Source of the DNA: an uncultured Planctomycetota bacterium
GTDB lineage: Bacteria; Planctomycetota; Planctomycetia; Gemmatales; Gemmataceae
Length of the DNA: 64,000 nucleotides
NCBI GenBank assembly: GCA_963849325.1
Contig: CAWKHF010000004.1
Location: forward strand, 64,001-128,000
Direction of reading: 5' to 3'
Shown here: positions 49,364 through 57,184 of the stretch, piece after piece
Numbering within the stretch: position 1 is the stretch's first letter
Layout: each line of letters starts with the position of its first letter
Position numbers and translations under genes: made by a program
Notes under the pieces: generated by a model
Told to the model about the DNA's origin: nothing
Seen by the model: the letters and a program-made list of their open reading frames with translations, nothing else
Databases searched by the model: none

Positions 49364-50383
49364 ATGATTGCATTACCGCTCGCAGACAAGGAACGCCGCT
49401 CGAACACCACCGTCATCCGTGACCTGGACTGGTGCGACTACTGCCTGGTGTCCTTCTCCGGCGGCAAGGACAGCATCGCCTTGGCCCTGAGCCTGCTCAA
49501 GAAGGGCGTTGCCAAGGAGCGCATCATCCTCATGCACCAGCACGTTGACGGCGAGCCGGGTGTGAACCAGCCCTTCATGGATTGGCCCTGCACCGAGGGC
49601 TACTGCCGGACATTCTCGCAGGCGACCGGGATGCGTCTGCTCTTCCAGTGGCGGCACGGCGGCTTTCACCGGGAGATGTTGAAGCAGAACGCCATGATCG
49701 CCCCGGTTTCCTTTGAGTACCTGGGCGGCGGCATCGGCACGGCGGGCGGGGTGAGAGGAAAGATCAGCACTCGCCGCCTGTTCCCCCAGGTGACGGCGGA
49801 CCTGAGCAAGCGGTGGTGCAGCCCGTCCCTCAAGATCGACGTGGCCAGCATCGCCATTAACAACGAGCCGAGGTTCCGGGGCAAGCGCCTGCTGTTCCTG
49901 TCGGGCGAGCGCCGCCAGGAGAGCGCCGCCCTCAGCCGATATGCCGAGGCCGAGGAACACCGCACGCACACGAAGTCCCGGCACGTTGACCACTGGCGCA
50001 TGGTGATCGACTACACCGAGCAGCAGGTGTGGGACATCATGCGGGAGTACGGCATCATCCCGCACCCCGCCTACTGCCTGGGGTGGGGCCGGGTGTCCTG
50101 CCTGGCGTGTATCTTCGGACTGGCCGACCAGTGGGCCAGCGTGCGGCTGATCGTCCCGGACCTGTTCCACCGCATCGCAGAGTACGAGCGGCGCTTCGGC
50201 AAGACGATCCACCAAGGCAAGTCAGTGGTGGACCTGGCCGACAAGGGCACACCGTACCCGGCGTGCTGTGACCGGGAGCTTGTCGCCTTGGCGATGGGCC
50301 GGACCTACCCACTGGATCAGATCAAGACGGACGCCTGGACGATGCCCGCCGGTGCTTTCAAGCATTGCGGCGGTCCCACCTGA
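49364..50383 (+). CDS. PAPS-reductase-like (PP-loop adenine nucleotide alpha-hydrolase) protein
   Basis: VSFSGGKDS; RWCS..LK; GERRQES; HPAY..G..RVSCLACI. Confidence 0.85.
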   Translation: MIALPLADKERRSNTTVIRDLDWCDYCLVSFSGGKDSIALALSLLKKGVAKERIILMHQHVDGEPGVNQPFMDWPCTEGYCRTFSQATGMRLLFQWRHGGFHREMLKQNAMIAPVSFEYLGGGIGTAGGVRGKISTRRLFPQVTADLSKRWCSPSLKIDVASIAINNEPRFRGKRLLFLSGERRQESAALSRYAEAEEHRTHTKSRHVDHWRMVIDYTEQQVWDIMREYGIIPHPAYCLGWGRVSCLACIFGLADQWASVRLIVPDLFHRIAEYERRFGKTIHQGKSVVDLADKGTPYPACCDRELVALAMGRTYPLDQIKTDAWTMPAGAFKHCGGPT

Positions 50384-50391
50384 GAAAATCC

Positions 50392-50416
50392 TGAACGCTC
50401 CGCACCTTCGGGTGCA
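50392..50416 (+). promoter_or_regulatory. Conserved upstream motif copy 12
   Basis: AAAATCC TGAACG ctccgcaccttcgg GTGCA. Confidence 0.85.
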
Positions 50417-50441
50417 GTAGAGGCGGAAGGAAGATGGCATC

Positions 50442-50636
50442 ATGAGGACCACCGATCATTTCCGGGAATGGCTGCGGCAAGTTGACCTTGAGTTGACCAA
50501 GCGCTGCGGCCTGAGCCACGACGACCTGGCCGACCAGCATTGGCGGGACTGGCACAATGACGGCATGACCGCCGCCGAAGCTGCGTGCGAGTGTCTGGTC
50601 AACGAGGGATTGCCCGGCCTGGTCGGTGAAGAATAA
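50442..50636 (+). CDS. Small phage-type hypothetical protein
   Basis: F.EW...VD......GL...DL.D..WRDW...GMT..EAA. Confidence 0.75.
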   Translation: MRTTDHFREWLRQVDLELTKRCGLSHDDLADQHWRDWHNDGMTAAEAACECLVNEGLPGLVGEE

Positions 50637-50665
50637 GGGGAAACTACCTTGCCATAGCAATTTTC

Positions 50666-50690
50666 TGAACGCATCCCCGCATGGCGTGCA
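50666..50690 (+). promoter_or_regulatory. Conserved upstream motif copy 13
   Basis: AATTTTC TGAACG catccccgcatggc GTGCA. Confidence 0.85.
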
Positions 50691-50765
50691 TCACCTATAT
50701 TGGCCCCGCAAGGCCATGCGCCGAAGTTGAGCGCAGGCCGGAGCCTGTTCCGAAAGGAGGATCGT

Positions 50766-51107
50766 ATGACCAAGGTTCAGATCAAGACGGACGTTCAGCG
50801 CACTCACCGCCGATGGATCAAGAGTCACCCGAAGGCCACGCTGAACGACCTGAAGGAGTATCTCGAAGGGGTGCTGGATGAAGTCTTGACCTTCGACCAG
50901 GAGGCAACGATTGCCGACTACCAGGATGAGTTGAGCGAGGATGCGCTCGAATACCTCAGCGATTGGGGCGACCTTGCCGATCCCGTCATGTGTGATGACG
51001 AACCCGCAACTTTCGAGTACCGGGAGGGAAATCTGGAGGAGGATATTCAGAACGTGGAAGAGGCCATCGAGACGTTCGGTGGGTCGTTTCGGTTGCGGAC
51101 TCGGTAA
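50766..51107 (+). CDS. Highly acidic small protein
   Basis: AAGGAGG RBS; D/E-rich. Confidence 0.75.
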   Translation: MTKVQIKTDVQRTHRRWIKSHPKATLNDLKEYLEGVLDEVLTFDQEATIADYQDELSEDALEYLSDWGDLADPVMCDDEPATFEYREGNLEEDIQNVEEAIETFGGSFRLRTR

Positions 51108-51455
51108 CTCGCCAGCCACGACGATTAGGCCGACCAGCCGTTGCGGTCCCTGGTGGCGATGAGGACGTGAGCGCCCCGAAACTCCACCTGAATGCCTCGT
51201 CAACGAGGAACTGCCCGGCGTGGTCGGTGACGATTCGTGGAAAACATGAACGACTCGCCAGCAGGCGTGCAGGCATCGTATGACGTTGCCGCAGTACATT
51301 CGCTGGAAGGGCCTTTCCTGACGCTGCTCTTTGGTAAACGAGCGCCAAGTGCGGCTCGCCACCGTTGAACCCGGCCAGAACCGAATCTGCCTCATGGGTG
51401 CCCACACCTTCGAGGCGCTGGTGTCGAGCGGGGAAATCGTGGAGGAGTATCGAGG

Positions 51456-51893
51456 ATGGGAATAGGCATTCGCACGATCACCTGCGGCCTCCACAAGCGC
51501 TACGTCTTGATGGATCACCTTGAACGCTTCTGGACCGGCGAAGAATGGACGCACGATCTTAGCAAGGCGCTGCGCCACGCCACGATCCTCGGCGCTGGTG
51601 AGGAATTCCAGCGGATCATGCAGGCGCATTATCAGGACAAGTCCGTGCGCACCTTCGAGGCAACGATCAAGGTCCGGGTCTTCACCGACCGGCCCTTCGA
51701 CGTGGAAGCTCTCCGGGATTACCTGGAGCGGGCGAGCCGCTTCTCCCAGGACACCGAGCGGATGGGCGACGGGCCGGTGACTGGTTGCCTGGTGTTGCAG
51801 CACGCCGACTACAGCGTGCTGAAGGAAATCAATCCCGACCCGTACCTCCTGGCCGAGCCAGAAAGCCGTCCCATCCCGCCCGGCGCTCCGTGA
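51456..51893 (+). CDS. Hypothetical protein
   Basis: GGAGGAG RBS; protein-like. Confidence 0.7.
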   Translation: MGIGIRTITCGLHKRYVLMDHLERFWTGEEWTHDLSKALRHATILGAGEEFQRIMQAHYQDKSVRTFEATIKVRVFTDRPFDVEALRDYLERASRFSQDTERMGDGPVTGCLVLQHADYSVLKEINPDPYLLAEPESRPIPPGAP

Positions 51894-51947
51894 ACCACCC
51901 TTGACAGAGGTTTGTCCTTCAAGAAGACCCATCAACGAGGAAACAGC

Positions 51948-52781
51948 ATGGACTTGGCATTACTTCGCAAAAAGTTCGAGCGCATGGGTGCCCGTTTGCG
52001 GCTCCGGGAGCTTCTGCCGGGCCGACACCCCGGATCGGCCACGATCATCGAGAGTGGCATCGCCCGCCTGAACGTCGTGAAGGACGACCAGGGCGAGGTC
52101 TTCGAGATCGAGGCCACCCGCAAGCAGCCGCCGGAAATCTCGGTCATCGACGTTCAGGGCGCTGACCGCCACCTTCTCCTCCTGATGCGCAACGCCGAAG
52201 GCCAGAAGAGTAAGTTCCTTTGTGGCCACGACGAGCGCCACTGGTTCATCGCCGCCATCCCCGAACTGGCCCCGGTCGGCAACGTCCAGCAGGCCAAGGA
52301 AGCCTTGAAGCCGCCGGAGGTCCAGGCACGTCAGGTTGGCATCAGGGCCAAGGAGCGCAGCCGCCGGAAGAACGCTGCTTATGTCCGCCAGGGGGAGTGG
52401 TTCTTCGTGCCCGCAGGGATCGAGGAGCCGGACTCGCTCCGAGTTCTGCGGGACGAGCCGCTGGTCCGGGGCCGAGGCAAGCCGCATATCGCTGAATTCT
52501 GCTACCGTGAGGGCGGCGAGACGGTGTACGTTTGCAGCAAGTACCCCAACGGCGTGGACGGTATCGAGTACGCCCGCATCCGCAAGCTGGAGCGGGAGAC
52601 GAAGCCAGCAGACAGGACATCCGGCTGGCGGGTCATGCGGCGGGAGGCCGAGGTTTACGTCCGTGGCCGGGTGCGACACGCCGATCACCGCACGATTGAC
52701 CTGGGCAGGCAGTGGCACCGGGTTCTCCTGAACATGGAACGAAATGCCAGGGCCATGCGGCACGTCGCCTTTCTGGACTGA
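51948..52781 (+). CDS. Conserved hypothetical protein
   Basis: GAGG RBS; KFLCGHDERHWF...RQGEWFF...GKPH...RH.DH. Confidence 0.8.
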   Translation: MDLALLRKKFERMGARLRLRELLPGRHPGSATIIESGIARLNVVKDDQGEVFEIEATRKQPPEISVIDVQGADRHLLLLMRNAEGQKSKFLCGHDERHWFIAAIPELAPVGNVQQAKEALKPPEVQARQVGIRAKERSRRKNAAYVRQGEWFFVPAGIEEPDSLRVLRDEPLVRGRGKPHIAEFCYREGGETVYVCSKYPNGVDGIEYARIRKLERETKPADRTSGWRVMRREAEVYVRGRVRHADHRTIDLGRQWHRVLLNMERNARAMRHVAFLD

Positions 52782-52984
52782 CGGGCAAGCAGCGGAGGGC
52801 GGAGGACATGAGAGCCAAACAGCCTCGACCTCCTGGCGAGCTTCGAGCAGGAGGACCGGGCCAGCAGGTGACGGGCTGCGGCGCTCCCCCGCTGCCTGCG
52901 AGCGTATGACCTGCTGCCAGGCGCTCGGCTACGGGGCAGAGGCAAACCTCACCAAGAGACATCCAGAATTGGAATACCACCGGG

Positions 52985-53827
52985 CTATTCCGGTCGGCTG
53001 CTGTTGATGATCTTCACCGCCGCCTCCTTTATCCTCTTGAGCCGTTCCTCCGGGGTGTCAGAAATACCCAACTTCACCATGCTGACGATGGGAAGAGGGG
53101 GAAAAACCTTGAAGATAGCCTTGATCTCTTCGACCCCATCGGCGTAATCCGCCACACGAGCAATCATGTCCTCGTTGACCCTGACCTGGGGTTCCGTCAA
53201 CAGCACCAGCTTGCGCTCGTCAGGGGGCAGGGCGTTCACAAATTCCATCAACTTCGCTCCCACTGCCTTCGCTTCGGGCGTTGCCTGCTTGTAGTCCGTT
53301 TCCTCGTAATGGCCGAAGAACAACTCGTGGAAGGGCCGGAGGGATTTCAGAGGCGTCACGTCAACTTCGTTGGTAACGAAGGTTTCGGCTTTTTCCTTCG
53401 GCAAGCCGGATTCGGTGAGCGACCGAACGGCAGCCTGTGTAACCGTTTCGCCCTCGACTGGTGCGGACAAACGAATGCTGCTCTTGGTAAAGCGCTGCTC
53501 GACCTGGACCAAGGCTTGCATATCCGGCTGGCCATGTTGAGCCGATGTCAAGGTGAGGTTGTTCGGCTTGGTCTTCAGAAGACTCTCGCACCACAGGTCA
53601 AAGCAAGCACGTTCCAACTCGGCTCTGCTGGTGCGTACCCGCTCGTCAACAATGTCTTTGACGACCTTCGCAGCCACATCGCGCTGGAAAGCCTCCGTCA
53701 AATCACCCAGCGGCGGCGAAACGGGCTGCCCGCCTGTGGCCGTGGCCGGAGTAGTGCCGAAGTCGCCAGACGAGGGCAGGCCAATGCTACGACGAGTCGC
53801 CATTCCGTCACTCCTTGCGCCAGTCAC
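52985..53827 (-). CDS. Hypothetical protein
   Basis: Long ORF opposite to its neighbours; start uncertain (about 53803). Confidence 0.65.
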   Translation of the reverse strand: MTGARSDGMATRRSIGLPSSGDFGTTPATATGGQPVSPPLGDLTEAFQRDVAAKVVKDIVDERVRTSRAELERACFDLWCESLLKTKPNNLTLTSAQHGQPDMQALVQVEQRFTKSSIRLSAPVEGETVTQAAVRSLTESGLPKEKAETFVTNEVDVTPLKSLRPFHELFFGHYEETDYKQATPEAKAVGAKLMEFVNALPPDERKLVLLTEPQVRVNEDMIARVADYADGVEEIKAIFKVFPPLPIVSMVKLGISDTPEERLKRIKEAAVKIINSSRPE

Positions 53828-53899
53828 CAGAGATCAGGCCGGGCAAAGAGGTAACGAAGCTTGTAACCCACCGCAAGCTCAAAAACGAAAGCGGCTTGT

Positions 53900-54174
53900 T
53901 ACCGGGAAGGTGGGAAACCGTTTACGTCTCGTCCCGGTATCCGCAGGGTGTGGACGGCATCGAGTTCGCCCGCCTTCAGAAGCTCGACCGGCAGAACACG
54001 GCTGCTGAGCGGATTTGGGATTGGCGGGTCAGGAAGCGGGAGGCCGTGGTGTACGGCAGGGGGAAGGTTTCCCACTCCAACCATCGCACAATCGTCCTTC
54101 GTGAATGGTGCAGGGTGCTTCTGAACGAAGAAAGACGGTCCACGGCGATGGGCAAGGTCGTTTTCCTCGATTGA
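53900..54174 (+). pseudogene. 3' remnant of a second copy of the 51948..52781 gene
   Basis: ETVYV...YP.GVDGIE.AR...WRV..REA.VY.RG.V.H..HRTI...RVLLN.ER...AM..V.FLD. Confidence 0.8.
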
Positions 54175-54194
54175 ACTCCCCGGATGGTCTGTGA

Positions 54195-55974
54195 TTACTT
54201 GACACCACGCCCCAGCTTCGCCTCTTGCAAGCGCTTCAGCCCGGCTTCGGTAATCTTGGTGCCAGCCAGCCCGATGTCCTGAAGGTCGGGCAATTCGGCC
54301 AGCGCCTCCAGCCCGGCATCCGTGACCTGCGTGTGGTGCAGGTGGAGCGTGCGCAGCTTCTTCAGCCCCACGAGCTTCTTCAGCCCGGCGTCCGTGACCC
54401 GTGTTTTCGTCAGGCGCAGATCGGTGAGGCCCGTCAGGTCTTTCAGGTGGTCCAGGCCCGCATCCGAAACCTGCGTGTAGTCGAGGTTCAAGTGCGACAG
54501 CTTCTTCAGCCATTCCAGGTGCTTGAGGCCGTCGTCGGTGATCGGTGTGGCGGAAAGGCCGAGATGCTGAAGCTCGGTAAGCCCCTCCAGGTGTTCCAGC
54601 CCGGCGTCGGTGATCTTCGTCTGGTGCAGGTCGAGGAATTGGAGGGCCGTGCAACCCTTGAGAGACACGAGGCCCGCATCCGTCACCTTGGTCTTGGTGA
54701 GGCGAAGCTCACCCAGGTTGGTCATCCCGTCGAACTGCTTCAAGCCCTCGTCGGACGTATCGGTGAAGTCGAGGTTGAAACGCCGTAACTCCGGCCTTTT
54801 CGCTGAGGCGGTCTTCTCTTCTGCCGCCTGCTTGGGTCGTCCCGTCAGCAGAATCGGACCAGTACGCCGCCAGGACGACGATCCCGGCGAGGGCGAGGAC
54901 GCCACCGAGCGCCAGCAGCTTGCCCTTCTTGAGCCGGGGAGGTTGCAGGAAGGCGTTCAACTCGTCGGCCAACTCCTGGGCGCTGGCGTAGCGCCGGGCC
55001 GGGTCTTTCGACAGGCACTTCAGGCAGATGCGCTCCAATTGCGGCGGGATGGCGGGGTTCCGTGACCGCAGGCTGGGCGGGTCGTGGGAGAGAATCTTGT
55101 CCTTCAAGGCCACCGGGCTGGGGTCGTAAAACGGCAGGCGTCCGCTCAGCAACTCGTAGAGGACGACGCCCAGGCTCCACAGGTCGCTTCGTGCGTCGAT
55201 GACCTGGCCGCTGACCTGTTCGGGGGAGGCGTAGGCCAAGGTCGCCAGGGTCCGCTGCGGCTCCTGCAACAGTTCTTGCTCGGTGGCGGCGATCCCGAAA
55301 TCGGTCAGGCGCGGGCTGTTCTGGCCGTCGAGGAGGATGTTGGCGGGCTTGATGTCTCGGTGAATCAGCCCTTGACCGTGGGCGTAGGCCAGAATGCGGG
55401 CGACCTCGGCCACGATGCGAGCGGCCTCGTTGGTAGGCAGGCAACCCTGGTGCAGCCGTGCCGCCAGGTCCGCCCCTTCGATCAGGTCGGAGACGAAAAA
55501 GTAGCCCCCGCTCTCCCGGCAGATGTCGTGGACGGCGACGATGCCGGGGTGCCGCAGCCGGGCCACCTTGCGGGCCTCGGCCACGAACTGCTCGATCTCT
55601 TCCGTCGAGAACCGGCGGCTCGGCTTGGGAACCTTGACGGCGACGGGGCGCTGCAATTCGAGATCGAGGCCCTGCCAGACCTGGCCGAAGCCGCCCTCGT
55701 TGAGCAGCCGATCCAGGCGGTAGCGGCCCGCCAGGGTCCGGGGGCAGGAGTCGGGAGCGGTGCCCGAAGTGGGCGGTTCCTCCTCGACCAGCTTCTTCAT
55801 CCAGGCAACGGATTGGAGGGCACTGATGCGTTCCCTGAGCGGTTCGGCAAGGTCCGGGCGGTCACGGCACAATTCCTCCACAGCCACGTCCCGGCCCTGG
55901 TCGTGGGACTCCTCCCAGCGGAGCAGCAGATCAGCGAGCGAGTCGTCGTCAGGCATTGGGTGGTCATCTCTCAC
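54195..55974 (-). CDS. Hanks-type Ser/Thr kinase with TM segment and C-terminal leucine-rich repeats (frameshift near 54850)
   Basis: EGGFG, VAVK, HRDIKPAN, TDFG, SPE, DLWSLG; TM; 24-aa LRRs L.L..T.VTDAGL. Confidence 0.9.
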
Positions 55975-56591
55975 GGGGGCGGCTCGCCCTTCAGCGCCTT
56001 GGCGAGAAGGAGCCGGGCTGACTGCCAGCGCCGCTTTACCGTCCGCACCGAGACGCCAAGGACGGCAGCCGCTTCTTCTTGGGAGAGGCCCTGATAGTAG
56101 AGCAGGCCGACCGCCTGCCGCTCGTCATCGGGCAGGGCCTCGACCTGGGCGTGAAACTCGGTCCAGTCGTCGAGGGTGGCCGGTTCCTCGGCGGCGTCCT
56201 GAAGCTGCCGGAGCGGGCCACCGGCGTCATCGGCAGCCAGCCCGTGCCCGTCCGTGTGGTGGTTCGCCGCCCCACCCTGCGGCCCGAAGTGGTGCTTGGC
56301 CAGGTCCAGCAACTCCCGGCGCATCTGCACTGCGGCCAGGTTGAAGAAGTCCTGAGTGGACCTCGGCCTGACCTCGGCCAACGAGCGGTGCAGCCGCAGC
56401 AGGGCGTTTTGCAGCACGTCGTCGGTCATCTCCCAGCGGCGCAGGTCGGGGAACGCCCGCAGCATCTTGCGGGCCAGCCGCCGGAGCCGTTCGACCGCAT
56501 GGGCCAGGAGTTGAGCGTAGGTAGCCTCATCGCCGGTGTGGGACGCATCCAGCAGAAGTTGCAGCGGTTCGTCGGTCGGTGAAGGCGGCAT
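55971..56591 (-). CDS. ECF-type RNA polymerase sigma factor
   Basis: DDVLQNALLRL (region 2); LP...AVGLLYYQGLSQEEAAAVLGVSVRTVKRRW (region 4.2); overlaps kinase start. Confidence 0.9.
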   Translation of the reverse strand: MPPSPTDEPLQLLLDASHTGDEATYAQLLAHAVERLRRLARKMLRAFPDLRRWEMTDDVLQNALLRLHRSLAEVRPRSTQDFFNLAAVQMRRELLDLAKHHFGPQGGAANHHTDGHGLAADDAGGPLRQLQDAAEEPATLDDWTEFHAQVEALPDDERQAVGLLYYQGLSQEEAAAVLGVSVRTVKRRWQSARLLLAKALKGEPPP

Positions 56592-57184
56592 AAAGAGGCA
56601 CCAGCGTGGGTGATGCGCCGGTTCGACCCGGTTCTGCCGGTGTGCTGGCCCCCTCCTGAAGAACGATGAGCGGGGGCAGGAAGGGCACGGCCAACAAAAA
56701 AAGGAGCGCCGAACACGAGGCCGCCCGCAGAACCCCGACCAAGGGGTGTAGAGAACAGCACCCGGCCCGACGCCCCCTTGCGGGGGCGTGGTCCAAGGCA
56801 CTGCTTCTCTACTTCAAGAGCCTTGCGGCTCAGGTTGGTCGTTTTCTGCGAGGCAGTTCTTGACGCACGCACGTCATTCGGGTTGTCACCGAGGCCCTTC
56901 TTCCGGCCACGGCATGTCCTGTCTCCAGTCCTCAACAGGAGTTATGGAACACGACCGGCCCGCTGCCGACCGCATTAGAAAGTGTAACCGGGCGAGGGGC
57001 CGGAGGCCAGGGGCCGAGACGCTGGGGCCGTTCCCCCGCCGGGGTGGGGAGGCGGGCATGGCTTCCGGCGGCTGCGGCCTTCTGCCTGCCACCCTGCGTT
57101 TTCAGGGAAACGTGGCCCCTCGTGCTGGCGGCGGTCGCTTATCAGATAGGGGGATGCCGGAGGCACAGAACGCCGAGGTTGCTT

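Noticed and set aside
49364-50383. Dnd/Ssp phosphorothioation system or cysH
   Set aside because: No partner dnd/ssp or cys genes; kept only as a PAPS-reductase-like orphan.
38711-50690. Repeated motif as a CRISPR array or integron attC sites
   Set aside because: Irregular spacing of about 0.1-3 kb, both orientations and a variable interior; no cas or intI genes; no RYYYAAC...GTTRRRY long hairpins.
51280-51465. Short ORF with an in-frame TGA as a recoding or readthrough case
   Set aside because: Single instance with no supporting signal; point mutation or sequencing error is simpler.
52518-54174. Duplicated 3' segment as a DGR template/variable repeat pair
   Set aside because: Differences involve all bases and are often synonymous, not adenine-specific; no reverse transcriptase in the window.
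34230-54174. Intact prophage
   Set aside because: No terminase, capsid, tail, lysis or integrase genes recognised in the window.
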